Assembly (NCBI GenBank): GCA_022813865.1
Contig: JALDZX010000060.1
Coordinates: 62,037-122,731, forward strand
Length of the DNA: 60,695 nt
Direction of reading: 5' to 3'
From: Xylographa opegraphella
Taxonomy: Eukaryota
Below the pieces are notes generated by a model. The model was not told the DNA's origin. It ran no database searches and saw only the letters and a program-made list of their open reading frames with translations. This document shows, piece by piece, positions 49,121 through 60,695 of this stretch. Position numbers and translations under genes: made by a program. Numbering within the stretch: position 1 is the first letter of the stretch; each line of letters begins with the position of its first letter.

Positions 49121-49668
49121 AACGCAGTCCACTGCACTACTACAACTGTCCCGCCCCCTCCCATGAGATAATATCCTCGAGTTAAAGCCTGCCCCCGGAC
49201 CGCACCCTAATGAAAAAGGTCCCAAGCCCACAGCCGCACACACCAAGAAGTCATCCTGTGTGTGACCGTCAAACTCGTTCCGCCCCAAAAAGTCATCAGA
49301 CGGTGCATTCCTTCCTTACGTCGCCGCTGCGACGCTTGGCAAATCACAGACCATATCATCCAGGGACAGAATAGCTTTCGAATCTTCCCCAATTTCCCAG
49401 CTGATCCTGTCGGTGTCGCATCTACGACCATACCGTCTAGTCCTTTCAGCTCGCTAATTTTCCACTGCACCAACCACAGGCCCACGTCCATCTGGCGCAG
49501 GAGGCCCCTTCCCTGCAACACTACTAAACTCTACTTTCCCCATCATACCACACCATTCAGCCGCCTGGTTCATGCGCCTTCAAACTGTCGGCCACTTTCC
49601 AATGCTGGAGTCGTGGGAGGCGACGTGTGGATGGCGGCGCGCACCTGTTGTCTGACTCCACGGACGGC

Positions 49669-52296
49669 ATGGCTTTTTGGCCCTTTGGACGAAAGAAGAG
49701 AAAGACCAACGCACAAGGCGACAGCAACATGGCCATAGCAAGAGCAAAGAATCCAAGTGATGCAAGGGTGGAGCTTGGTCGGCCGACAACTGACGTCAAT
49801 GCCAGAGCCTCCTCCAAATCAGTGCGCAAGAACAGCCAACGGAGGCCACGAACGCCATCCAAAGTGCTGACCAAGGCCGCTCCTCCCAGAACACGAGACC
49901 TCGAGAAGACGACTTCCGTACCTCCCGTACCCGTTCTGCCACGCCCCGCTCACGAAGTACCGGAGCAATTCAATGAAAAGTTCACAGGCCCAACTTATGC
50001 CGGCCAGTCCAGACAACCTCTCGCGGCAATGCCCACTAATCAAGCAGACACAGAGACCTACTACTTTCAAAACCCTACCTCCCAGACAAGTATCCAGGCC
50101 GAGAAGTTCGACTTTATACCTGTCGTCCCAACCCTACAAGGCAAGCGCAATGTTCATGACAAGAACCTGCCAAGGCGGAAATCAAGCAAGAGAAAGGCCG
50201 AGGATCAGGTGAGAGAACAGGAGATAAAAGCGTTGAGTTCGCCGATACCCATACCCAAGCGGCCGCAGCCTCACGGTGCTGGACTGCTTACACGGGAGAG
50301 TAAGAGAATACCGGGTGGCTTGAACCGCAACCTACAACGACCGCTTTCGGAGGTGTCCCTGCCGCTGCAAGACTCTCTGCATTCGTCGAATTCAGGCATG
50401 CCAGACAGCCATGCATTCAAAGTAAGCGCTTTTGATGCCTTGTCGCCGAGACCGACCATTAAGTACTCTGAAAATCCACGGTGGACGCCCGGCGCGAGTA
50501 ATCTCGGGGCTTCGAGAACCTCCACGAGGAAAGACAAAAGACCTTCACTTCCAGGAGATGTTGTCAACGCCCGAGCTCGCGTTGACGATCTTGCGGACGA
50601 GCTCGACGCAGGTTCATTGCGAGAGGTCATGGAACGAGATCGACGAAGGAGAGAGTCGAAACGGAAATCTGACCATGAAAAATTGCAGCGTCGACTACAA
50701 CGCAGGGCTGAAAAGCAGAAGATTGAAAGCCGAGCTGAACAGACTGCACCGGCACCGAACGCAGGTCTCCCCGGAGATGGCTTAGGGCTGGAAGTCTCTG
50801 AATTACCAGTACAACAAAGCGACACTCCAATGTTAGAAGCAACCAGCGGCAGGGAGGAAGCCAAGTCTCCAGACTCGTGGTTGGATGACGCCTCTCGAGA
50901 CAACCAAGCCATGGAGAACCCATTCGATGACCGGATGGGTGCATCACATCTGGAACCACCAACACCGGAAGAGAAAGACGAGCCCGTGATTGAGACGGCG
51001 AAAGCTGTACGATTGTCAGCAGCCAGTATGTCACCGCCGCTATCCCCAGTTCGTGCACATGCGCGAGGTCCTTCGAATCTTTCGACACTCGATGATCTGG
51101 CTTCTCGAAGTACTCCTGATGTCGGGGAGAAACTCCGTCCTGAGGATGCCAGAAGAGGCTCGGACTCCAGTTCACGTCTGGCAAGCAGCTGGACGTCCTT
51201 CTTTAGAAGGAGTGGCACGCGTGGGGCTCGGAATTCTTCAGAACGTGGACGAGCGACCCCGTCAGAATTTTCCAACACTTCGAGAGAGTCATTTGCTCGC
51301 CAAGCACCACCACCAGTATTCATCCGTAACGTACGGGAAAGATCGGGTACTCCTGTACGTACGCAGTCCAAATTCCGAGAGGATCTCCCGGAGCTCCCCA
51401 TCTCGCCGCCCGTCTCTCGGGTACAGTCACCCGAGTTGGTTGGTAGTTCGCCTTACATAGATCATGCATCAAAGTTGCCAGTTATCGGCGACGCAACCGC
51501 AGAGTCAGCACCCCGGCTCTCCGATGTTCATCCTGCTTATCGGGAGGAAGTCGCTCAGTCAATTCGTGGCGCATCTCCAGATCTTCCGATCACAAATATC
51601 ATGTCCCAGTCAATGGCTTCCGTGGATTCGGAAGGCTCATGGCTGTCGGGCCGTCCGCCGAAACGTTCTTCGCAGCAACTCAATCCGCTAAGGACAAGTG
51701 GAGGATCGCTAACCCAGAATCTGCCCGAAGAGCAAAGTAATACCGATGAAGATGGTGGAGCGATGGAAGGCAGTTCTTTGAATCGTGGCATATCAAGTCC
51801 CTTGGGAGCTTACGTACCTGGGTACTTCACGGCGCAGATCAACGCTCGGGGCACTCCCGCCGGCGACGAAAGCGACTACGAAGAAGCGGCAACCTCACCG
51901 GAAGCGACTCCAGCGGAAGAGGCCCCCAAGATGAGTTCGGTGGTTGGCCGACATCCCACCATAGTTCGTCGCAGCATGCGTGCCAAGTCGCGAGAAGGCT
52001 TACTTGATGATTTTGGCATGGACGAATCCCCTACGTCATCGCCATCGGCAGACTCACCCATCGACCCTCTGAGTCGGGTCCGCGACGCTCAAAAAGAAGG
52101 CTCTTCGATTCACCGTGCCACCAGTGTAGACCTTGGCAAGACCGGTCACGCCAGACACATCAGCGCCGGGAGCGCACGCCTTCTCGACCTCCCGCCCAGA
52201 TCATCGACCGAGCAGAAGCGTCTGAGCACCGGGTCTGGCGAGCGAAGTCCTCTCCGCGCGGCATACGATGGCGCCGATACTGCTCCTCGGGACTAG
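49669..52296 (+). CDS. Long, intronless Ser/Arg/Pro-rich, largely disordered hypothetical protein (likely start MAFWPFGRKK)
   Basis: Uninterrupted ~875-codon ORF with a coiled-coil block (LREVMERDRRRRE) and low-complexity segments; no family recognised. Confidence 0.8.
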   Translation: MAFWPFGRKKRKTNAQGDSNMAIARAKNPSDARVELGRPTTDVNARASSKSVRKNSQRRPRTPSKVLTKAAPPRTRDLEKTTSVPPVPVLPRPAHEVPEQFNEKFTGPTYAGQSRQPLAAMPTNQADTETYYFQNPTSQTSIQAEKFDFIPVVPTLQGKRNVHDKNLPRRKSSKRKAEDQVREQEIKALSSPIPIPKRPQPHGAGLLTRESKRIPGGLNRNLQRPLSEVSLPLQDSLHSSNSGMPDSHAFKVSAFDALSPRPTIKYSENPRWTPGASNLGASRTSTRKDKRPSLPGDVVNARARVDDLADELDAGSLREVMERDRRRRESKRKSDHEKLQRRLQRRAEKQKIESRAEQTAPAPNAGLPGDGLGLEVSELPVQQSDTPMLEATSGREEAKSPDSWLDDASRDNQAMENPFDDRMGASHLEPPTPEEKDEPVIETAKAVRLSAASMSPPLSPVRAHARGPSNLSTLDDLASRSTPDVGEKLRPEDARRGSDSSSRLASSWTSFFRRSGTRGARNSSERGRATPSEFSNTSRESFARQAPPPVFIRNVRERSGTPVRTQSKFREDLPELPISPPVSRVQSPELVGSSPYIDHASKLPVIGDATAESAPRLSDVHPAYREEVAQSIRGASPDLPITNIMSQSMASVDSEGSWLSGRPPKRSSQQLNPLRTSGGSLTQNLPEEQSNTDEDGGAMEGSSLNRGISSPLGAYVPGYFTAQINARGTPAGDESDYEEAATSPEATPAEEAPKMSSVVGRHPTIVRRSMRAKSREGLLDDFGMDESPTSSPSADSPIDPLSRVRDAQKEGSSIHRATSVDLGKTGHARHISAGSARLLDLPPRSSTEQKRLSTGSGERSPLRAAYDGADTAPRD

Positions 52297-53607
52297 CTTC
52301 GCTGCTTGCTACAACACTTTTGTCTTCACAGAATGTCTATACCATGTTTTTACGAAATCGCCCGTCATGTTTACGCTCGCTATACCCCTTTCGTTCTGGC
52401 GAGATACCCACCATTTGGCGGTCTCCACATGTACATCACCTATCTCGATCACCCATCTTGCGATCGGAATCGCCGCAGCCTCTTCAGGCCCATTTCCTTG
52501 GTTGCAGAACACTATTTGAAAGAGGAGTCTGGCCTCTCTTACCTCTCTCGTCCGAGGCAGAGCTTCATGACTCACGAGAGATTTTTTCCAACCTAGGCAT
52601 GGCATCGCGGCCGGATGTTGAAGCCGGTCACTTTCTATGTCAGCGGTGCGGAATGCCTCGCTGGAGTCCGTCGTCCGAGCAAGGATGGGAGGGGATTGAA
52701 GTGGTCGATTCATATATTAATCGGAGAGACGGCGATGTAATCATAGTGTCGCGGAGATAATCATAAGGCAGGAGAGGGAAAATCTATTACCATACATACT
52801 TCAGAGCGTATTTGACCAATAATCTATCGTCCACAGTGTGCGGAGCTACGATTGAACCCGTGATGCAACTCCAGCAGCTTATTGATATCCCAAACCCACC
52901 CTCCCCTAGTCTAAGATCTCTTGTAATCAGGGTGTGGCTACGGTGTCAGCAAGTCCGAGTTCACACTTCTCATGAATGGTAATCCGGACGTGAGGTTGAT
53001 TTGTCAACTACGGCAGGGCAGGAAAAGGTACGCTTTGGGTGTAACTTGAGCTACATAGGTATACTCCGCATAAGCGTCGGAGTGCAAATGATACACTACC
53101 TTGAATCACTCTTGCATATGCTGGGCCGAATGAATCTCGGGACGGAAGTTTATGGGCTGTACGAGTATTCCCGAAAGGCATCTCTCCATTTTCGGAGCGT
53201 TTTATTGAACAGATGTTGCACGCCGTCGAGCGTTGATATCAAAGCAACACCCACACCCGCATCAGATAAGCGACCCCAGGCCCCCAATCACGCCATTCCC
53301 AGCTCAGCCCTGCCCGCGATTCCAAATCCTTCCGCCGGCCGAAAACAGAAACATACGTCATTCGCACTGCGCATCGATCTCGGACCGCAAACTGCCATCA
53401 GTCATCCAACCATTATTTGCCAAAACGTCCAGCATCTTCTTATCCGACCGTAAGCACATCCTCGCAGAAACAAACATATATCACCACCACTCTCCAGTTC
53501 TGGCTTCTGCAACCAGGTACCGATCGATCGTCACCGCAGCTCGATACAGCAGATTCCAACCAGGCTCGATCACTCAGCAGAGGTTTTTCAGGACAGAGGC
53601 AGCGAAG

Positions 53608-54283
53608 ATGGGTGTTCACAATATTACCAGGTAGGTGGCTGGAAAGAGTCCCTCTCTGGTCACGGTGGGGAGGTCCACAGCGCTGCAAAACCGTGGAGGG
53701 AGAACATGGCGTGCTTGCGCTGCGCAACATCCTTTCTCATACCGTGCTGAATGGATCTCCCATCCCAGCCCTCGCCATCTCTGGCCGATAATCTCTTCCC
53801 TTGACTTCTCGTGTGGAACATCAGCTAACGATGACCGTCTCCTCCGCAGCATGTCTGAATACAAAGACGCCGTCGGCCAGAAAGGCACCATGGTGATCGA
53901 CTGCTTCGCCACGTGGTGCGGGCCGTGCAAGGTCATTGCCCCCAAAGTCGTCGAGTGAGTCTCTCCCCACTCCCGATATCCTCCACACTCGAACCCATCT
54001 TTACCCCCCTACCACACATCTCTTCGCCCCCTCTCTCTCCCCCCCTCCCCATCCAACCACCAACCCCACTAACCCGCCCTCCTCCTCACCCAGATTCTCC
54101 AACTTCTACCCCGACGCACGCTTCTACAAAGTCGACGTGGACGAGGTCCCCGACGTGGCGCAGGAGCTGTCCGTGCGCGCGATGCCGACGTTTGTGCTGT
54201 TCAAGGACGGCGAGCTGGCCGAGACGGTGGTGGGGAGTAACGCGACGAGCTTGGAGGCGGCGATCAAGAAGTGCGTTGCCTGA
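53608..54283 (+). CDS. TRX1: Thioredoxin (3 exons)
   Basis: MGVHNIT|...MVIDCFATWCGPCKVIAPKVV|...FYKVDVDEVPDVAQELSVRAMPTFVLFKDG. Confidence 0.95.
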
Positions 54284-55325
54284 TTGAATGGCGTTGTTGG
54301 GTGGATGTGGGGAAGAGAGAGGTGGGGGGGGGGGGTGGAATGGCGATGGATGGATGGACGGATAGGATATGATAGGATAATATCATGTATGCGGAAACCG
54401 CGGCAATGTGCACTTGAACTTGTTGTGCCGTCGCCTCTGTGGCATATGTATTGTGTCTGTCACTGGGTACGCCGCATCGCGCTTAGGTTTTAAAACAACA
54501 GTAGTCTAGTCTACCAGTAACGATGAACCCGGATCCATAATATAATCCACCAGCCTACCCTATACAGCGCGCCGAACAGAACACCCCCACCGTTCCCTCC
54601 CCCTCCCCCCCCCGCGAAAAACAGACTTCCCCAATCAATCGATATCTATCCTTCCCTCCTCCCCCCCCTCCCCCCCCTTTTTTTTCCACCTTGGTTTTGT
54701 GTACGTTGGAGGGTTTGGGGTGGGTACTGGCTTGGGCAGAGGAGGGCAGGGGAGATTAGAGCAGGAGAGCAGAATGCTGCATACCCCTTCATCACCCGTG
54801 TGCATGATATACGATATATGATGCTAGCGTGTATATAAAATACAACGACCCCTCACTCAGGCCACAGACGGGCGAATGTGTGTTGCCTGCGGGTCATATT
54901 TGTCAAGCTGCATACAGCAGAGCTCGAGGTACGGATTCCGGAGTCGATACCCAGCAACTAGAAGGATTCGCAGACTCACGAAAAAAGCTTTCTCGTAGTA
55001 CTGGGGCCAGGAAGCAAGATATAAGAACCGTATGTTTTCTCTTTTGGTTTTTCCGGTTCGGTGTGGGGAATAGGGGGGTGAGCGGGAAGGACGAAGAGGT
55101 CAGGGTGGAATGAGGTAGGGTTGGATGCGGGGTGCAGTTTAAATGGGGGTGCGAAGGAGGAGGGGGGACGAGTTGGCGGCCGGTTAGGATCCAGTACCCT
55201 TGTGGGGATAGGAGGGTAAGGTAAGGGGAAGCAGGCTGTCAAAAAACACACCCACAGCACGCAGCGAGAGCGCATGCGCGGACAACAGAGCGATAAGATG
55301 CGAAGGATTGCATATCTCCCTCCCC

Positions 55326-56880
55326 TCACCCCACCAAATCCCCCGCCGTCTCCGGCCACAGGCCCCAGACCATGGCCTTGCGCGGCACGCGCCCGCCGAT
55401 GGGCGCCAGCACGCGCATCTTGCGCTTCTTCTCGTCCACCTCGGCCACGTACACGAAGCCGATGACGCTGGCGTCGCGGATGCTGTCGAGCGCGTCGTGC
55501 GGGTCCGCCTGGACGATGGCCAGGAGGCAGGCCTGCATGTCCGCGGAGGGGGTCACGCGGTCGAAGATGTCGTGCCTGCTGCCGTCGGAGTCGGCCTCGC
55601 CGCCGGGGAGGAGGGAGTGCATCATGCTGGACTCTGGGGGGGGCGGGTTAGGAGAGCTTTGTGTGATAAACTGGGGGGAGGGGGGGAGTGCGTACGCTCG
55701 GCGACGCGGTAGATGGAGAGGTCGCTGAAGTCGATCTGCTGCGTGTGAGGGTTCAGCGGGTTTCGAGCGTCGCCGAAGAAGTATTCTCGGATCTGGGCTT
55801 GCCGGAGCTGCTGCAGGTACTCGCTGTCGCGGTCGACGCAGCCGCCGGACTTGTCGAGCTTGATGACGGAGACGGAGTCCTGGCTGCTGGTGGCCTGCCT
55901 CGCGAAGCGGCGGGACATGTCGCTGTAGAGGCGTTCGGAACCAAGAACGATGAGGACGTTGACTGGTGGGTGTCAGTGATTGGAGTAGTGGAATGATCAA
56001 GGGATGCTGGCAATCTTACCAGAAAACTCTGCTACTATGTGCCGGATAATATCGTAGGCCGCTTTCCCAGAGCTGATGGATCCCGAAGTATCGATTATGC
56101 ATCCCGAGTGCTTGGCCTCCCTGTCCTCCTCCAGTCTGCTCATCACGGAAAGCGCCAGCCGCGTGACGATGGGCTTGTAGAGCTCTCCCTGGGCTTCGGG
56201 GTCTTCAACACCGTAGTAGTATACCAGAGGAAGCTTCACGGGGACCTGGCTCGGTCCATTCATCGGACTGCTTCCCCACCCTTGCTCCACGTCGATTACG
56301 GAGTCCAGCACCATAGTCGACAATGTACCAGGCACGCTCAGCAAGCCCTCCTTCGGATCCAGATTCACTACAACGGGCTGGCGCTCCGAGCGGGTAGCAT
56401 ATGCTGCAAGTAACCTCACCAAGGTCGTCTTGCCCGCATTCTCAGGTCCGACAACTAGAACACGAGGGCCGGTGGATTCCTCCTCGAGAGCCGCATTCCT
56501 TAGATTCTCAAGTGCAAAGTGCGTATTCGCATAGCTGACCATCGGCGTCTCCTCGGCCGTATAATCAATATGGCACTGGCCGGTAACTTCGAGCCGGCAC
56601 CCATGCCATGTGTAGACGGCAGCTTTCCGGCCGTTGAAGCTATAGGGCTGGCTCAGCGCGAGCTCCGTCCCGAAGATCTCTGCCGTTCCAGACAGCAGCT
56701 GTAGCAGCATAAGTTCAGTGAAACCGCAGAAAGTGAGGGAACGGTTGCGGCTACCTTCACTTCTACATTCTCGCCAAAGGCCACCTCGAACCGCCATTCG
56801 GTACCCCTCGAGAGTTCATGGATTGAGGCTGTCTTCTCTTCTACGGGTACGGAATTGAGATGTAGGCCGGGAAGGGACAT
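55326..56880 (-). CDS. CLP1: mRNA cleavage/polyadenylation factor Clp1 (multi-exon)
   Basis: EWRFEVAFG, GTAEIFGTEL, VYTWHGC, P-loop VVGPENAGKTT, LDKSGGCVDRD, QIREYFFG, VIGFVYVAEVDE. Confidence 0.93.
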
Positions 56881-57564
56881 GGCATCCAACGACTACGAGG
56901 GCGTGATGCGGCATATCATGTTTGCAATGTGAAATCTTTGTACTGCCACCGCGACCGATATTGCCGGATTGTGTCCTTAGCGCGCGTCTAGAGCGCCTAT
57001 ATCACTAGTGCCGACTACGGAAAGTGTCTCGTCACCACGAAATGTGGTCTGAACCAACTTGGAAAGGATCAAGATGTACTGTTGTGTTCATGACTTATTT
57101 GATCATATGAGGAAGTACACAACTCGGGTTCTGACGTAACAGAGCAGAGGATTCAGTGTATACCACCCCTTGACGACGTTTACTCGGTAAATGCTTTCGG
57201 CTAGTCCTTATTGCCCAAATATCTCGAAACATCTAGATGATCTGAAACGGTAGCAAGGTTGCTCAAATCTGGTAATATGACCTACACTGCGGACAGAAGT
57301 CGAGAGAGAGCAAAGGCATAATATTCAACCATCGTGCATAGATAGTGTTACACATCATAAAGGCTATGGAACTGCTACTATCGATGACTACAGTTATCCA
57401 ACATCTTCAAGTTACTGACAAGCCTCAGACTGAATCGCTAAAACAGACTCCGTAGTGTTTGGTGACCCCACTCCATGTAACGCCCTATGTTCGTCCACTC
57501 ATGCATCATTCCAATACGGTCGTCTCGTCGTTAACTCAAAGATCCCCTCTCGCTCCATGGTTGC

Positions 57565-59501
57565 TCAGTGAGTCGAATATGCAGGCAATTCATCAGGCTT
57601 GATGTCATACTCCGGTTTGCAAATCTCTTCGTATACCGGTGGGTCCACAGGATACACGGAACCCAGAAGATCTTGCACAATCAACCTTTCGCACACTCGC
57701 CCGTGAACATCAAAGAATCCAACATGCGGATTGAACTTCGCCACACGCTCCAATTCGATGGCGTGCGAGTGATGATGTGGACAATTTTCCATACCCACGA
57801 GGGCTATGGTGACGTACGCCCAGGTTTCGCCGAGTAACTCGAGCTCGAACTCGTCCATATCGGTAGCTTCGCCATCAAGAAAGACGAGCAAGGACAATTT
57901 AGGCATACCAGGAGTGGCCTGCCAACCAAAATCTGGGTCGAATCTTCCATGTCCATAATCCCTGTTTTGGTGCTCGAAGTATGTGGCCTTCACTTTCTGC
58001 CATCCTTGCATTACTTGAGTACCACCACCAAGACGAACCTTTGACTGCCAATCATGGTTGAAGTTCAAGGTAGACAATTGTCCAATATAAGTGCCATAAC
58101 TTGAGAACGTGACTACGTCAATGCCACGTTGATGTGGATGTTCTTTCTGAGCTCGAGGAAGCATGTGATTCATGACTCTACGGACAAGATGTTGAACGAG
58201 GCGAATGTTTGATGGCTGATCGTGATAACGCGTGATACCGTCGGGGCCCGGAATACCTGAATGCGGATTCCAAGTCATTGATCCCGACACATCAATCAGT
58301 ACCATAGTCTCCAAATGGTCTGTTCCATGTATTATTCCTTCGGCAAACTCATGTAAGGCTTTCATCCGTGTGTCATAGACTGTGTTCGGGACTTGTTCGG
58401 AATAGCTGTGAGACTTGATCTGTTTGTCGCTTTGGAAGACATCCCCTGGGCTCATGTATTTGGCTAGAAGTTTAGGGTCCAAGGGTATCTGTCTTGCGTT
58501 ACGTTGGTTCCCACGTCGTATAATGGTATACCTGTCTCGATTGATGTTGAGAGGTCGTATACTTGCATGTCTGGAGCCGTCTGGCATCATGCCGTTGTTA
58601 AGCAGGTAATATAATCTCTTTTCTGCAGGTGTTTCATAATAGGATCCTTCTGGATAAAGATACGCCAGTGTCCGTGCGGTGACCATGGCTGTTGGAATTG
58701 GCTCCATGTAACCTTTCTCAAGGTATTTTCTGAACTGTCTCGGATGTTGCCCATGTAGGAACATCCAGTGATCGAACATCCTTGTGGCTGCCCAGTAGCG
58801 TGCCACCATCTCACGTCTTTCAGATCCAGGTGGTCCCCATCGGTCGTTCATCAGCTTATCAGCTTTGGCCATTATCAGTTGCTTCTTCTCCATTGGTGTT
58901 TTTGTGTCACCTCCAAGCGCCGAGAACCACTTTCGTAGGGTACCGACTTCTTCTATAAGATAGTCAGTGCTCTGCTCGGGGTAGTAATGAGAACGGTGTA
59001 CTTGCGGTCTTCCTGATTCTGCAGCGATAAGCCATTACCGGTGCCAACCTCAGACTTCGCATCGCCATCAAACTTGGACAACGCTGCAACGTTCTGTGAG
59101 TTTTTCGTATCCTTGTTCAACTTGCCGCTTCTCAAGTTCGCTGGCCTTTCGTAAGCAGGCGGTGCGTATTGTGGTTGGGATGTAGAGGAAGAGTCATTTC
59201 GCTCCAAACACGAAGCGATATGTGCGTGGCGGGCAGCTTCGTTTCCATCAAACTCCTTTGTCAGTAATGAAGTACGACAGACAGGACACTCGTTTTCCTC
59301 GTTCCGGGGATGCTCCAGCTCCGCTGCCCTCTTTGCGTACGCTTTCTGGTCATTGGCTTGCTCTCCGGGCTTGGAGATGTGCGAATCGATGCATGAGGCG
59401 ATATGAGCTTCGGCAGCGGTCTTCGTGCCATCTTCACTCAGTGGGAGGCCGGTGTGGCAAATTGGACATTCATCTTCGTCTATCTGTGGATCGTTGTCCA
59501 T
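57565..59501 (-). CDS. vWA (MIDAS) domain protein with two N-terminal C2HC zinc-finger-like motifs, joined by a GC-AG intron (59005-58953)
   Basis: CPIC-x17-HIASC and CPVC-x18-HIASC; MIDAS LIDVSGSM, LGGGT, FLDGEATD. The GCAAGT donor, CTGAC branch and TAG acceptor are phase-compatible. Confidence 0.75.
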
Positions 59502-59961
59502 CGTCAATACCGGTGCCACCCTTGTTAGGGATTGCAATGACGTCTACTAGTCAACCTCAGTGACATGAGCGCAGAAGCTGAGCTTCAGTTGTGTAGATAT
59601 AGAAAGGTTGGAGGATCGTGGTACAGATTGGCGCAGTGTTACAAACAGTTAATGCCGCATTTCAGGCACTCTCCCTATTGGGTACCTTAGATGCCGTAGC
59701 AAGCGCCACAATGCGATGAACGAATGCCCTGCATGAACCACAGATCTCCGCCACTCGGTCTTCATGCTCAACACCTGAGCCACGTATCTAAAGGTAAGGT
59801 ACCCTGTACCGGAAAGTACGTCACCATACAGTATAGCAAGGGCTGTGGCCCTAAGGCTGGAAGATGGCGTACAATAAAATATACGGTACCTACCTTGCCC
59901 TCATACTCCTGCGTAAGGTAACTTGGTGACGGATTTCACTTCACCCTTTTTTTTACTCGCC

Positions 59962-60597
59962 ATCGAGAACCAGCCTGACTTTGAACGACTCTCTGAAGTG
60001 TTGCCACCACTTCCACATTTATTTGACACTGCCTTTGGAGAATTTGCTCACATTTCGACATTCCCATATCCAATGATGGACAGCCTCTTTTTGAAGCGAT
60101 TAATGGTTTGACCAAAAACTGCTGAAAGCTTTCGAAATCATGTTCAAACCATATTCACCGCTCTCATGGGCAAACTTATCACTCTTGAGGGCAAATTTAC
60201 CATTCTTGAGAGCGCCATTGGTCGCCGGTTCAAGGATATCGGACATCGTTTGGATGTAGAGTAAGATCATCTTTACCTTCCCCTCAAGCTACGGTAACAT
60301 TACTTATAGTTCCGTAAATCATGCAGCTAAACTATTCAATTCGCACAATACTGGCCGTGAAACACCTCTTCACGTACTACACAACCGACAGGATGTACCA
60401 TTGGACGGATTTCCTCTTGAATCCGTTGCTCTTATGCGCCTGATGGGTTAGTTGCAATATAATGTACTAAATTTATTCACTAATTTGATCATAATAGGTT
60501 CCACATTGGCAACTCTTTGAACAGTGTACGGGTTATCAAGTGGGGGATTATGCCCGGCCAAAAGAAAAAGGTTTAAAAGTTTGTTGGTGTAACGTGA
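59962..60597 (+). pseudogene. Degenerate coiled-coil / Mug135-C-like gene remnant
   Basis: (I)ENQPDFERLSE..., frameshifted coiled coil, spliced NHAAKLFNSHN...PLHVLHN...LDGFPLESVALMRL|GSTLATL*TVYGL...KFVGV. Has an in-frame TGA, frameshifts, and ATC where ATG is expected. Confidence 0.55.
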
Positions 60598-60695
60598 TCT
60601 ACCCCCAAACGGATCAGCACCCCACCCCGAAGCGTCTTTCTAGCAAAACACGCAAATGCCTCCCAACCGCAAAGCCGATCAGGAAGCTAGAATTC

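Noticed and set aside
50271..51401. 376-aa antisense ORF and similar antisense ORFs over real genes (e.g. 44432-45169, 898-1578)
   Set aside because: These are shadow ORFs caused by the codon bias of the sense-strand gene.

Overview
A 60.7 kb window from an intron-rich filamentous ascomycete (Pezizomycotina); N bases at 30974 and 40609 indicate a draft assembly. The left arm is mostly conserved genes: xlnR, an atypical hexokinase, sulfite reductase beta (MET5), an OTU protease, D-amino acid oxidase, 3-hydroxyisobutyrate dehydrogenase, a Bqt4-like APSES protein, Rho-GDI and PPG1. The right arm holds NUF2, a long disordered protein, thioredoxin, CLP1, a zinc-finger/vWA gene and a pseudogene. 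Between the arms is an accessory-looking block of about 21 kb (24-45.7 kb) with two candidate systems. (1) A head-to-head pair: a catalase whose distal catalytic Asn is replaced by Phe, and an intronless cytosolic tyrosinase with two tandem copies of an unusual ~100-aa N-terminal domain. This could be a two-enzyme oxidative module. (2) A three-gene cassette: caspase-like His/Cys protease, a hidden 76-aa SH3/Tudor-like microgene, and a DUF6594-type membrane protein, each with an apparent lesion. This could be a protease-triggered membrane-effector (cell death/defence) system. The block also has a secreted Cys-rich/amphipathic-helix protein, an S28 peptidase, a Mid2-like membrane protein and an acidic Cys/His protein. 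Gene models were spliced by eye and family calls come from motif recognition; no database searches were run.
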